64,000 nt of DNA from the human T2T-CHM13v2.0 reference genome, Homo sapiens (GCF_009914755.1 NC_060927.1), one strand, 5' to 3'; positions 43,118-56,801 are shown, numbered from the stretch's first letter. The notes: generated by a model not told the origin, from the sequence alone. Numbers and translations are program-made.

Positions 43118-44122
43118 TCTAATACCTATTTCTCAAGATCAAGTTAGATCTCTAAAAAAGGCATCATCCTAGCATTTCCCCATCCCTTCCCTGAACTAAA
43201 TTTAATGTTGTGTGTATCAATCAGCATACAGTCAAGACAGAAACCACACATGAACATTAAATATAATGAGTTATTAACTTATAAAAGGGTATGAACTACT
43301 AAAGGGGGTAAGGAGAATGCTGAAGAATGCAGGAATGGCAGATGTAGAGAGCAGCCATAACCTCTAAGCTAAGGCACAGCAGCCAAGGAAGGGGCGAACT
43401 CAAAAAATGCCCTCCCTCCCCAGCTGATCCACCCTTGTTGGAGGGGGTGTGGCTGCAACCCAATGGATGCCCAAGAAGTTTGCAGAGTTGTGGCAGGTTG
43501 GGGCTGCTGAGCAGGAAACTGCCCGAAGGGGTACCAGTGAGATTCCCAAGAATGTGGGCATGCCTCTGGCGAGGAAGACGCTCTTGGAGTGCCAGCAAAA
43601 TTTACTAGGAAGCTACCCAGTAGGGTGCCAGCAAAAGTCAGCAGGAAGCCACTGTCGTGGTGTCGGCAAAATTCACTGAGGAGTGGGCACTGCAGGGTCT
43701 CCACCCAGCACTGGCAAATCAGCCAAAAGAACAAAAACAAAATAAAAACAAATCCCAGAACCAGAAAGAAAAAACTCTGCCTCTTACTGCGACCCTCTTA
43801 TGCCTTCTACAGCAACTGGCAAAGGAGAAATGTTTATGGGGTCCAGCTCTAGACTCACAAAGCAGAACACAGAAGAGTGAATGAAGAGCTGAAAGGCGAT
43901 AAATCAGTAACTGGAGCCTCACATCCTTTGCCTTTTTTATTGAGGGTCAATATATTAAGAAGAATATGTCTGCGTCTTCGGTAAAATTATTGCTAAGGTT
44001 ATCACCCAGTGTGTGTTTTCAACCTCCCTGATATAAGAACTTAGTGACAAGAAAGAATGAGACAATGATCATGAACTATTGGACCCAACCATTTGTGGCT
44101 TTAGTGCCCATCTTCTCAGCAA

Positions 44123-44128
<6 letters not shown>

Positions 44129-44166
<38 letters not shown>

Positions 44167-44466
44167 TTTTTTTTTTTTTTTTAAGATGGAGTCTCACTCT
44201 GTCACCCAGGCCGGAGTGCAGTGGCACAATCTTGGCTCACGGCAACCTCCACCTCCTGGGTTCGAGTGATTCTCCTGCTTCAGCCTCCCGAGTAGCTGGG
44301 ATTACGGGCACCCATCGCCACCCCTCCTGGCTAATTTTTGTATTTTTAGTAGAGATGAAGTTTTGCCATGTCGGCCAGGCTGTTCTCAAACTCCTGACCT
44401 CAAGTGATCCACCCACCTCAGCCTCCCAAAGTGCTGGGATTACAGGCATGAGCCACCACAGCCAGC
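44129..44466 (-). mobile_element. AluS with (CT)n(T)n tail
   Basis: TSD tctcagcaaggcttt at 44114-44128 and 44467-44481. Confidence 0.93.
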
Positions 44467-45704
44467 TCTCAGCAAGGCTTTTTCTGACTACACTATTTAA
44501 AATGTGATCCCTGAGCCACCTTGGCCTCTCTTGCTGTCCTTCCCTGCTTCGCCTTCTCCATAGCACTTCTCTCCTACTAATCTACAATTTACTTGAGCTC
44601 TGTGAAGGTCAGGATTTTTGCCTATTTTGTCCATTGGTGCATCCCCAGCACCTGGAACAGAGCTAGGCACAGGCTAGGCACTCTAGAAATACTTGCTGAA
44701 TAATTGAATTAAGTAAATGAGTGATCTACACGTAGTGGGGAATGAGAGTATACAGTGATAGTTCCTTCGACTAAAACTGGGGTCAAATTATAGTGATAAA
44801 GAGGAACTCAGACCTTCAGAGGTAAGCTTTGTGGACCACTTGCCAAGGCTGCAGAATGTGATGTCGTTTCACAAACAAGGAGGCCCTATTATGGCTTCAG
44901 ATATGAGAATAATAAAGAGAACTTTCCTTTCGCCTCAACTGCAGCCTTCTAAACTCTTCCTTCCTTCCTATGTAGAAGTTTCAAGGACCTCATGGCCTGA
45001 GTGTGGATAGGCAGAATGCTGGGAATCAGGCAAAAATAAAATAATACTGAAAGTGAAGGTCATGCTAATATTAGTAAGCCAGGGTGATCCTGAATTTACA
45101 AAACATTTTTCTTTGGGAAATTTCACACCTCACATGATTCTGTGTTTTTACTTGGGAAATTTCACATCTCACATGACTCTGTGACATGCGGTACATGAGG
45201 TGCCTGACTGCTGTTTTTGTCCTCTACTAATGAGGAAGAGTGTGCGTACTCCCAGCGTTTTGCAAGTTTCAAAGTCTGACTTGACTTTCCTTCCTTTTCC
45301 TGGAACTGATCCATGAGTATCGAGAGTAAAGCTGCCCGCACCTACTCATTCAAGATCCTGAGTGTCCTGCCCAGCTGCAGGAGGTGGAGAGACCCAGGAG
45401 GAGGGGCCACTGCTGATCCCAGGCTGTAGGGGGTGGGAAGAGTGTCCCAGGGCACCATGACCCCCACTCACTCACTCACAGGAGACCCACACAAGAGAGG
45501 AGAGGGCACTTACAGCTTAGGTTCCCACCAGCACCAACTCCTCTGCCATCAAACATCATTGTGTTTCTCTTTCTGCCTTGTCTGTCGGCACACGTGGAGT
45601 TAAATTTAATGCTCAATCACATATTTGTCTGGGCTCTTTCTGTGTTTATTTTTCTCTTAATAGTTCTCTCTCCTCCCTTCCTCTCCCCGCCCCTCCTCCT
45701 CCTT

Positions 45705-46005
45705 CTTCTTTTTTTTTTCCAGAGACAGTGTCTCGCTCTGCCACCCAGGCCAGAGTGCAGAGTGGCATGATCATGGCTCACCGCAGCCTCCAACTCCTGG
45801 GCTCACGTGAACATCCCACCTTGGCCTCTGGAATGTCTGGGATTACAGGCACTTGCCACTGCATCTGGCTAATTTTTATATTGTTTATAGATCCGGGATC
45901 TCACTATGTTGCCCAGGCTGGCCTCAAACTCCTGGGCTCAAGCGACCCTCCCACCTCATACTTCTGAGTAGCTGGGGCTGTAGGAATGCGCCTCAGTGCC
46001 AGGCT
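45705..46005 (-). mobile_element. AluJ, diverged
   Basis: Recognisable Alu arms on the minus strand. Confidence 0.85.
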
Positions 46006-46699
46006 AGTTTCTTAATTTTCTATTTCTATTTTGACAGGTACAAATTTTGTATTCAATCCTACCTCAGACACATCTTTGGTGGGAAAAGGATGTCATTTAA
46101 TCAATATATAAATTCTAAGCAAATAGGTCTGATCCCCAAATTAGGTTAGTCACAGCTGCTGAGTCGTTGACCCAAGAGAAGCTCATCTAGATTTTTTCAT
46201 TATTTTCAAGTTCCTCTTCTCGGTTCGTCCTTCTTCCAGACCGTGCCCTCCCCGTCCCACTCTCTTCCCACAGCCTCCCCTCCCCACAGCCTCCTCCCAC
46301 CATTCCAAATCTGGGCTGTTCTCTCAATTTCCTTCTCTCTGGACTCAAACCTACCCTAGCCCCCAGCCTCAGTTTGGGGTTAAACTTGTCCTCCTCACAT
46401 TCTCTCCCACCCAACTTGATGTCGCCTCTGTGTCATCACCACGGGATTTTCCTCCTCTGGGTTCTCCTTTTCCGAGTGGGGTCAGCTCCCCCATGAGTCA
46501 CAGCACCAATCACTTCTGGCTGCTTGCAAACCCCTTTGCTTTCCTCAGTGTTGACACCCAGGGCAGCCCTATGCTCACTGCCGCTGAGACCCCACCTCTG
46601 CCCCTGGCCTTTTCCCAGCTGACATCACCCTGTGGCTTCCATTTTCCTAAAATTCTCTTTTGAGGCCTCAGTCTTAACCAAAGCACACAGTGCCCCTCA

Positions 46700-47332
46700 A
46701 AAATGACAATAAAAACCCAAACACACCGTGACTGTCATGGCAGGTTCCTGGTCCCCGTATTGAATCAGCGGGTGGGTTTCTGCGAACACTGGTGAGAGGC
46801 CGCATTAGAGGGTCAGGACCCTCAGGTCTGGACTCGTGGTCACCACATACCTTCCTCCCTGCTGACAGTAGCTGGTACCTGTTACCTACTCAGAGTGTCA
46901 CATGCCACAAGCCAGAGCGTCTTGGCAGTTCTCAGCACCTTGACATCACTTCCTTGCTACCACTCAGAGCGGCAGTGACACAGTTCCCTTATCTCAGAAG
47001 GCCAGAAGACGGCTGTCAAAGGTCACAGGGAAATCAAAGGCGGGGTACAGGGCCAGAGGGAGGAGGAAACAACTTCCCGGTTGCTTTCAGACGCTTCAGA
47101 GATCCTCTGGAGGCCTGGGGGAGCTTTTGAGTACTTTATTTCAGTTGGTCCCTGAGCTCGGTGAGTGGGGCGGGTAGAGCCACCAGGGGAATCAACAGTG
47201 GTTTCTCGTGCCCCTCAGGGTCAGGAGCAGTCTGATCAAAAGGAGGGCATCCACTGTCCGGGGCCATTCCCACAGCTCCCGGATGCTGGGTCTGGAGGCT
47301 GCGCCCTTCCCCTGCAGGAGCTCAGCCCAGTG
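46700..47332. promoter_or_regulatory. CCRL2: CCRL2 promoter and non-coding first exon; probable divergent start of CCR5AS
   Basis: Raised GC/CpG content, GC boxes (ggcgggg, ggggcggg), plus-strand donors gtgagt (47161) and gtaagt (47333), minus-strand donor AAG|GTATGT at 46845-46853. Confidence 0.65.
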
Positions 47333-47500
47333 GTAAGTCATCTGTGTGTCATCTATGTATTTAACCCCTTATGGCCATGTTGATGCTGAGCATGGTTTCA
47401 CTTTTGCAAACATTTATTTATACCCTTCGAGAGAAAAACGTCTCAGCTGTCACAGGAAGCTGCTTCGGGGGGTGAGCAAACTTTTTAAAATGCAGAAATT

Positions 47501-47524
47501 ATGATCTACACCCGTTTCTTAAAA
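47501..47524 (+). CDS. CCRL2: Alternative first coding exon of CCRL2 long isoform (MIYTRFLK, spliced to GSLK-MANY.., 356 aa total)
   Basis: ATG at 47501, donor gtaagc at 47525, acceptor tccacag at 47897; in frame with ATG 47910. Confidence 0.85.
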
Positions 47525-47909
47525 GTAAGCCATCGTACTTGGTTCTCTTTAATTATATATTTTCTTACATATTGTGTTCATGTAGGCAAGTCCTGTTTCT
47601 GCTAAAAGAAGGTAAGTTCTACCAAGGCGGTGTCATGCCAGCTTTATTTCCCGTGGCACCTGGCACACTGCTAAGCACTTACATGCTTAACAACTAGATT
47701 GGGAATGGTGCTGCTCTGGGGAAGTGGGCACACGTTAAAGAAATGTTTATTTCAGTCTTCTGAAATAGGGAATTACTCTGGCTAAAATGTAGCTCCAGAA
47801 AGGGAAAGTGGGGCTGTATGAATCCAGGTCCAGTTTGTTGTTTCCTCCAGGATAAGGCAGCTGTCGGAGGGGAAAATCATCTCCCATTTCTCCACAGGGC
47901 AGTCTGAAG

Positions 47910-48944
47910 ATGGCCAATTACACGCTGGCACCAGAGGATGAATATGATGTCCTCATAGAAGGTGAACTGGAGAGCGATGAGGCAGAGCAATGTGACAAGT
48001 ATGACGCCCAGGCACTCTCAGCCCAGCTGGTGCCATCACTCTGCTCTGCTGTGTTTGTGATCGGTGTCCTGGACAATCTCCTGGTTGTGCTTATCCTGGT
48101 AAAATATAAAGGACTCAAACGCGTGGAAAATATCTATCTTCTAAACTTGGCAGTTTCTAACTTGTGTTTCTTGCTTACCCTGCCCTTCTGGGCTCATGCT
48201 GGGGGCGATCCCATGTGTAAAATTCTCATTGGACTGTACTTCGTGGGCCTGTACAGTGAGACATTTTTCAATTGCCTTCTGACTGTGCAAAGGTACCTAG
48301 TGTTTTTGCACAAGGGAAACTTTTTCTCAGCCAGGAGGAGGGTGCCCTGTGGCATCATTACAAGTGTCCTGGCATGGGTAACAGCCATTCTGGCCACTTT
48401 GCCTGAATTCGTGGTTTATAAACCTCAGATGGAAGACCAGAAATACAAGTGTGCATTTAGCAGAACTCCCTTCCTGCCAGCTGATGAGACATTCTGGAAG
48501 CATTTTCTGACTTTAAAAATGAACATTTCGGTTCTTGTCCTCCCCCTATTTATTTTTACATTTCTCTATGTGCAAATGAGAAAAACACTAAGGTTCAGGG
48601 AGCAGAGGTATAGCCTTTTCAAGCTTGTTTTTGCCATAATGGTAGTCTTCCTTCTGATGTGGGCGCCCTACAATATTGCATTTTTCCTGTCCACTTTCAA
48701 AGAACACTTCTCCCTGAGTGACTGCAAGAGCAGCTACAATCTGGACAAAAGTGTTCACATCACTAAACTCATCGCCACCACCCACTGCTGCATCAACCCT
48801 CTCCTGTATGCGTTTCTTGATGGGACATTTAGCAAATACCTCTGCCGCTGTTTCCATCTGCGTAGTAACACCCCACTTCAACCCAGGGGGCAGTCTGCAC
48901 AAGGCACATCGAGGGAAGAACCTGACCATTCCACCGAAGTGTAA
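47910..48944 (+). CDS. CCRL2: C-C chemokine receptor-like 2 (atypical chemerin-binding receptor), 344 aa
   Basis: MANYTLAPEDEYDV N-terminus; 7TM homologue of CCR5 with QRYLVF in place of DRYLAV; NPLLY. Confidence 0.98.
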   Translation: MANYTLAPEDEYDVLIEGELESDEAEQCDKYDAQALSAQLVPSLCSAVFVIGVLDNLLVVLILVKYKGLKRVENIYLLNLAVSNLCFLLTLPFWAHAGGDPMCKILIGLYFVGLYSETFFNCLLTVQRYLVFLHKGNFFSARRRVPCGIITSVLAWVTAILATLPEFVVYKPQMEDQKYKCAFSRTPFLPADETFWKHFLTLKMNISVLVLPLFIFTFLYVQMRKTLRFREQRYSLFKLVFAIMVVFLLMWAPYNIAFFLSTFKEHFSLSDCKSSYNLDKSVHITKLIATTHCCINPLLYAFLDGTFSKYLCRCFHLRSNTPLQPRGQSAQGTSREEPDHSTEV

Positions 48945-49355
48945 ACTAGCATCCACCAAATGCAAGAAGAATAAACATGGATTTTCATCTTTCTGCATTA
49001 TTTCATGTAAATTTTCTACACATTTGTATACAAAATCGGATACAGGAAGAAAAGGGAGAGGTGAGCTAACATTTGCTAAGCACTGAATTTGTCTCAGGCA
49101 CCGTGCAAGGCTCTTTACAAACGTGAGCTCCTTCGCCTCCTACCACTTGTCCATAGTGTGGATAGGACTAGTCTCATTTCTCTGAGAAGAAAACTAAGGC
49201 GCGGAAATTTGTCTAAGATCACATAACTAGGAAGTGGCAGAACTGATTCTCCAGCCCTGGTAGCATTTGCTCAGAGCCTACGCTTGGTCCAGAACATCAA
49301 ACTCCAAACCCTGGGGACAAACGACATGAAATAAATGTATTTTAAAACATCTATT
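48945..49355 (+). other. CCRL2: CCRL2 3' UTR with two AATAAA signals
   Basis: AATAAA at 48970-48975 and 49330-49335; MIR-like relic between them. Confidence 0.7.
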
Positions 49356-50609
49356 TAATGTATTTTAAAATAATTTGTAAGTTGATTTTAAAACCAATTT
49401 AACTACATTCCAAATTATAGACAGCCCATTTATATGGGAGTAACTTTTCAGGCTCATTGCCTCGCCGGTGATGAGAAGAACTAGCTAGCTGGAAGCTGTG
49501 GGAAAAAGAGGTAAGGTAACTTGTTCTGTCGAAGTTCTCTAAATTCTCTTGCTTACTTGCCACACCCCTAGGCCCCCAGCTTCCCCTAACCCAAGGTTTC
49601 TGGTATTTTCTCGTACTTTATCAAGACTATGGAATCTTAGGAGACTTAACAAAAGCAAATGAGAAATTATGTTTAGAAATGTCTAACAAAATGAATGCTT
49701 TGTCCTTTTAAGTATAACACATACCTCAGGCCTCACCAGCACATAACTACAAAAGGTTGTCCCACTTCCTTTCTGTGGCTGAGTTAGTAGAACACAGGCT
49801 CCCACCTGCCACATCAGCAGAAGGTCACCTCAACATGTGAGCTACCTCCCCGGAGACCCCCCAGATCCGTAAGGATGATGCATCCTTGATCCTAAAAACA
49901 TTTTCCTGTTCCTGGTGTTCAGAATTGGACTCCACACTCACTGGTCTCTTTATAATCTTGCTTCTGGCCCTTTGAGGCCTCAAAGCTACCAGGGCCTTGC
50001 TGCCAGGGGACAATCACCACTCCCGGCTGAGTCCTGCAGACATAGGGCCTGGGCTGGCTGCCTCCTCCTGCTGGCCCAGCATCTTGCTTGCACTAAAGAG
50101 AGCTGGAGGCTTGGCACTGATGCTTGCTAAAAACCTACCCAGGCCGCCCACTGCTGCCGCACTGCAGGGCACCAGCCCACACTCCTCCCCTCCTGGCATC
50201 AGGCACACGTTCACGGCACTAAACCTTACAGGAAAGCAGTGGAACCCTGTCTTTCCTTCACAGGAGGCACTTTCCTTCCTAGGCAAAAACGATGATACCC
50301 ATGGGCACAGCATCTCACATAGGGACACATAGAGATGTCTGACTCATTAAAACCCAAGTCTCTGGCCAATTAAAAGGGGTCCTTAATGTCCTACTCAACA
50401 GTGGTGGAAGGAAATTTGCTCTATATTGATGAAATGAGGTGGAGAAAATCTGATTTTCCAAACATGAGAATTCTCCATATGCCACCCCATAACCAAAGAC
50501 CCCTTATTTGTGTTAGATGAAACATTCAAAGAGCCTATTAGGATAGCGGATGAGACCCCCAAGGGACATGCTTATACAACAATAACTGGCTCCAAACCAC
50601 ACTCCATGG

Positions 50610-50791
50610 CAGTGGCTCTCAAATGCCAGCTCACATCACAAGCCCTGTGCTAAAACACAGAGTTCTGGGCCCCATCCCGGAGTTTGTGGTTCAGGAGGTC
50701 TGGAGTGTGACCTCAGAATATGCATTTCTAACAAATTCCCCAGGGGATGCAGATACTGCTGACCCAAGGCCCTCCTTCTGAGAACCACTGT
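50610..50791. mobile_element. MER5A DNA transposon
   Basis: cagtggctctcaaa..ctgggccccatccc..atgcatttctaacaaattcccca..tgagaaccactg. Confidence 0.75.
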
Positions 50792-51289
50792 TCCAGGGAG
50801 AAGAAACTCAGCTAAGTAAGGGTTTGGCTTTGTGCTGAAGACAATGTGGAATTTAGAGTTGGGGTGAATTATTCAGGAAAGTAGAGAGGTTTGGAGATGT
50901 GAGGGTGGGAAGCGCAGTGGAGGGAGGCAGAGAGGAAATATGAAGCAGCGTCAGTTGGAGAGAAATTAGGAAGAGGAATAAAATGATATATGCCAGGGAT
51001 TTCAGTTTTGCTGAGCCCATGATGACAGACTCTTCTCTGGCACCTTATGCCACTCATTGAGGGCTTGTAGCTGGCTCTGCTCTTTCAGAGTCATAATAGG
51101 GCTATGGGTCTGACCTCAAGGTGAGCTGGAATGGGCACAAGTAATAGATAAAACTGCAAGAAGTCACTCAAGGGTCCTTCCTAGAACAAAGGATCCCTAC
51201 ATTCCAAAGGCGAATGCCGGTCACTATCATAAAAGAAAAGAAAGAAAGAAACTGATGGTGACATTTTAAATGGCAATTTTTCTAGCTTC

Positions 51290-52265
51290 TAAAAGGTTGT
51301 GGAGCAACTGGAACTTTCATACCCTGCTGGTGGGAATGTAAAATGGTATAATCACTTTGGAAAAATTGGCAGTGTCACCAAAAGCAAAGCCTATACCTAC
51401 TATCCATTTCACTCCTCAGTATTTACCCAAGAGAAATGAGCATGTATGTCCATACAAAGATTTGGACCCAAATGTTCATGACAGCCTTATTTATATAGCC
51501 TCAAACTAGAAAAAGTCTGTCTATCAACAGGTGAATGGATAAACAAATACTGGCCTGTGTATCTAATGGAATACTGCTCATCCACAAAAAGAAACGAGCT
51601 ATTGATACACACAGGAGCATGCACGAAATCTCAAAATGCTGAATGAAGGAGGCCAGATTTTAATTTTATTTTTAATTATTTATTTATTTATTTATTTTTG
51701 AGACAGAGTCTCGCTCTGTCACCCAGCCTGGAATGCAATGGTGTGATCTTGGCTGACTGCAACCTCTGCCTCCTGAGTTCAAGCAATTCTCATGCCTCAG
51801 CCTCCCAAGTAGCTGTGACTACAGTCATGCACAAGAGCAACTGACTAATTTTTGTAATTTTAGTAGAGACGGGGTTTTGCCATGTTGGCCAGCTGCTCTC
51901 ACACTCCTGACCTCAGGTGATCCACCTGCCTCGGCCTCCTAAAGTGCTGGGATTACAGGCATGAGTCACCGTGCCCAGCCGGAAGCCAGATATTTTTTAA
52001 AAGTACTTATTTTGTGATTCTATTTATATAAAATTCTAGAAAATGCAAACAAATCCATAGCGACAGCAAATCAGTGGTTGCTGGAGATGTTGGAGGGGAG
52101 AGGAGAGGAATAGATTGCAAAGGGGAACAAGGAAATTCGGGGGGACAGTGGATATGTCTGCTATTTTGACTGTGGTGATGGTTTCATTGGTATATACATA
52201 TGTCAAAAACGTAACAAGTTGTATACGTGATTTATTATGTGTTGACTATACCTCAAAAAGGCTAT
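51290..52265 (+). mobile_element. Old L1M 3' fragment with a minus-strand Alu (about 51660-51980)
   Basis: gtggagcaactggaactttcatac..gctggtgggaatgtaaaatggta; Alu TSD ggaggccagat / ggaagccagat. Confidence 0.8.
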
Positions 52266-53194
52266 TTTTTAAAATCCCCCTCAGGCTCCAGGCACTCCAT
52301 TACGTTGGTGTGACTTGTCTTGGAAATATACTTTGAGCATTTGCCGGAGGAGATCCAGTGCCTGGGCCTCTGTTTCTTCTCCCAAGTAGAATTGGCAGCT
52401 AAAACGGGATGCCCATGGGCACAACTTGTCACCCCCATCACCGAACAGGGAGCAGAAGGAGGCTGCTGGGGGTGCCCCCACAGGGAGCACAGTCTCATCG
52501 GGAATGACCTGCCATGGCAAATAAAATCACCAGGGCAAGTCAAGGGAGAGACCAGGGAAGAGAGTGATCCAGTCTATATTAAAAAAGGATGAGAAAGGTT
52601 GAAGAAAAAGAGAAGAAGGGACAGAAATTCTCTTCACACATTTGCAGAAGTAGGTCCGGACTCTCCATCCACTTCTCCTCCTCCGATAGGTAGGACAGGA
52701 ATCTCAGAGGAAATGGCATCATCTTCCCATGTTTACAGACACAGCAATGAACTCAAAGAACAATCTTATCAGGATTTTCCAAATGAAAACATGGAGCATA
52801 TAGAGAATAAAGATCCATAAACTCGTATGGTGGCTGAGACTGAAATGGTTAATGAAAAGCAAAAGTGTGTGCTGAATGACACCAGCCACAATGGCCTGAA
52901 CACTTAAGTAGTGTAATATACTTGGAACATTGACAGCTAACAAGGTCTTCCTCCCATGTCAGACCAAGAACACAGTTTCCTAAAGATAAAAATAGCACAT
53001 GCTTTTCCACTTTTCCATAAGTGACTGCATTAGAAAACTAACAAACCATGAAAAGCAAAATATGGCTAGTCTATTCAAGAAAAACTGGTGTTTCTATTTT
53101 GTCTGTAAATTACTTTCTAATACAAAAAACAATTCCTGTTACATTGAGGTAATTCTAACTAGGGACATATGAGAGAGAGATTGAAATCTCATGA

Positions 53195-53592
<398 letters not shown>

Positions 53593-54049
53593 TGATATAC
53601 TGAATGGAAAAACAATACAATTTGAAGTTGAAAAAACAAAATAAGATGCCCAGTTAAATTTAAATTTCAGTTAAGCAGCTAATAGTTATTTAGTATAAGT
53701 ACAACCCATATACGACAATTGCAGTATTTGTTATTTATCTGAAATTCAGACTTACCTGGGCATCCTAGTATCCTGTTTTTTGTTTTGTTTTGTTTTTCCC
53801 TTTGTTTTCTTTTTTTTCCCCGAAATCTGACCACCTTAACTTTAAGGTATTTATTCATTTTTAAAAACTAAATATTTTTCGGCAGTCAGAACTAGAGCAA
53901 AGATAAATGATCCCAGGACTCTGTTTAGCAGGCAGTCAGGAAGTGTGACAGTGTGGTGGGTGGCAGCCCCGGCCAGGCCTTTCCTCTTCCCTAAACTGCC
54001 ACAGCAGGACTGCCACACTTGGGAATCCCAGTTTCCATCTGAGCAGCCC

Positions 54050-56150
54050 CTCCAGAGTTTGGAAGGAGTCAGTGCTTTAGCCTGAGGAGCCGTGGATGGC
54101 TCTAACACTTTGCTTGTCGGTTGAATAAAAATCAACCCAAAGGTGGCCTACACTCATTGAAGTAGGAATGCCAGAACTTCAGTGGTGTCACATAGAAGAA
54201 AATATCTAAGTGCTTAGGGAGATGGCAGTGCTAGTGGATCTACTGGATCATTAAGACTCACTCACCCACCCAGCGCAGGTCTAGAGGACACACCCTTGCC
54301 ACACTGGGAAGTGTAAATGAGCTCCAGCATCTTTATTTTTTTTTATTTTTTATTTGTTTTATTATACTTTAAGTTTTAGGGTACACGTGCACAAAGTGCA
54401 GGTTTGTTACATATGTATACATGTGCCATGTTGGTGTGCTGCACCCATTAACTCGTCATTTAACATTAGGTATATCTCCTAATGCTATCCCTCCCCCCGC
54501 CCCCGGTGTGTGATGTCCCCCTTCCTGTGTCCATGTGTTCTTATTGTTCAATTCCCACCTATGAGTGAGAACATGGGGTGTTTGGTTTTTTGTCCTTGTG
54601 ATAGTTTGCTGAGAATGATGGTTTCCAGCTTCATCCATGTCCCGCATCTTTAAAAAAAAAAAAAAATCTCTAAGTGGTGGCTCTTCTCTGTAGATCAGGA
54701 GCTGTAGTGAGCAATGCTACAAAACTGGAGTTTCTAAATACAGGGGGGATGGTGGGATTCTGAGGAAGGACAGGCCACGTGGTAACACTTACAAAAGACC
54801 AAGTGGGTGTGGTTGCCACTGTGGACGGTGGAGCCAAAGCAGTCCTCAGAATAGTCTGACCCCCAGAGGTCTTTGGCATTGGCTGGTTGATCATGGTGTC
54901 CCTGGAATTGAAATAGAAGGACGGTCTACTAAATTTTTACCTGATCTGTATAAGCAGAAGAGTTCTATCTCTAGTGAACAGAAGTCTAACTTTAGTCACC
55001 AGAACTGAGAGTCAATTCAATCAATTCCCAGATTTGACATAGTTTATAGACCTAGAACCCCTTGAATGAAAGGTAAGCTGGCTCCCCTTGAGGAAGGACC
55101 CTGTTACATTTCCGGCATTTTATTCTGATAATCTTTTTTCCCAGCCTTCCCCAAAGCAACTTAGGGCCATTTACCAGGGAAAGCCATGGAGGAAAAGGAA
55201 ATAATTAGGCTATTTGGAGATTCCAGGACACTGGCTCTACGCTGACACCAGTTCTAAGAGACCCAAAATATCTTTGTGGTCTACCAGCCAAAGTAGGGCT
55301 TCATAGAGGTCAGGGGTCACTAGAGTTTGAGCTCAGGTCTGTTTCACTGTGAGTCTAGAGGGTCCCTGAACTTATCCTATAGTTATTCCCCCAGTTCCAG
55401 AATGCAGAATTGAGCTGAGAGCAGTGGCTCATGCTTGTAGTCCCAACACTCTGGGAGGCGAAGGTGAGAGGATCACTTGAGCCAAGCGGTTTGAGACCAG
55501 CCTGGGAAATATAGTGAGACCCCATCTTTTAAAAAGACAAAGAAAAATAAAGAAAATTGACATGGAAAAATAATATAAAATGTGAATAATCTCACATCTA
55601 CTAAAGAAATCCAATCTGTAATTAGAACTCCTCCCACAGAGAACTATAAGCCCAGTGCCCCCATCAACTGGAGAAACAGAAAGAAACAATCTTCTTAACA
55701 GAAAGCATAATTGGAATAGAGATACTCTGCATCGGGGAAGAATCCCCATATTGATTCTCTGATCCATAGAGTGAAGGCCAAGTGGAAGCCTTTGGAACTC
55801 CCTCTACCTGCCAAGATACTAAACAAAACAACACTGCACGTCTGGAGGAATTGTAGCAAGAACTTGAAAGATGAAGGATGATGATGTCCACCTCTCTCCA
55901 TTCAGCTCACCTATCTGGTTTGTGCAGAAGACAAATAGGTGTTGGAAAATGACAGTGGACCAGTGTAAACTTAATCAGGCGGGGGCTCCAGCTGCAGCTG
56001 CAGGATCAGGTGTTGTTTCATTTCTGCAGCTAATCAACCCTTCTCCTGGCACCTGGTGTGCAGATGGCAATTTTTCTTTTCTATTATCTGTTAGTAAAGA
56101 CTATCAGAAGCTGTTTATTTTCAGTTGGCAAGGTCAGCAATACACTCCAA
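54050..56150 (+). mobile_element. ERV-L (class III) internal gag-pro-pol fragment, interrupted by an L1 and an Alu monomer
   Basis: Protease-like DTGS context near 55226; RT start SPFSSPIWFVQKTNRCWKMTVDQCKLNQ and FIFSWQGQQYT in ORF 55871-56194. Confidence 0.75.
54336..54643 (-). mobile_element. Short L1PA 3' end
   Basis: TSD gcatcttta at 54327-54335 and 54644-54652. Confidence 0.88.
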
Positions 56151-56241
56151 GGGAAGAGCAGTCTGTCTCAGATCTTACCGATGCCTGGGGATAGGGAGGG
56201 AGTGGCCCCCTCACCGTCTCCAAGGCCTAGTCCTCTGCTCC

Positions 56242-56801
56242 TGCTACTGGCAGCAAATCCACGCAGGTCTGCAACAACCTCAATTCCTGCCTCCTCAGAA
56301 GAAAGAATTCAATTGAGGGACATAAGACAGAAGGAGAGACTGAGGCAAGTTTTAGCACAGGAGTAAAAGTTTATTTAAAAGCTTTAGAATAGGAACAAAA
56401 GGAAGGAAAGTACACTTGGAAGAGGGCCAAGTGGACGACTTAAAAAGCAAGTGCGTGGTTTGACCTTTTGACTTGGGGTTTTATACGTCAGCATGCTTTC
56501 GGGGTCTTGCGTTATTTCTCCCCTGGTTCTTCCCTTGGGGTGGGCTGTCCCATGTGCCTGCCTGAGCCCACTGGCTCAACTCCTGAGATCTTATAGGGAA
56601 ACTACTGCTCACCAGTTTCGAGTGTTTTCTATCTATTAGGAGCCGGCTTTTCCCTGTTGCCGGGTGTGACCAATTATTACTTTAGAAAGACAGTCAACAA
56701 CCGCCAGACCATCACCTGATGGTCACCTGACACTCCTGGTGTGTGGGGTATGGGGAGCCCTCTCCTGCCCTGCTCTTTCTGACTAGCTACCCACTATAAC
56801 A
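56242..56801 (-). mobile_element. MER50-like ERV1 solo LTR
   Basis: Minus strand starts TGTTATAGTGGGTAGCTAGTCAG..GAGCAGGGCAGGAGAGGGC; 4-bp TSD ctcc on both sides. Confidence 0.75.

Noticed and set aside
44079-44566. Alu-derived ORFs (also 1358-1714, 12068-12446, 19566-19967, 39834-40127, 45578-45967)
   Set aside because: Standard Alu translation products.
49950-50100. Approximate location of the HIV-associated SNP rs1015164 downstream of CCRL2
   Set aside because: I cannot place the base or call the allele reliably from the sequence alone.
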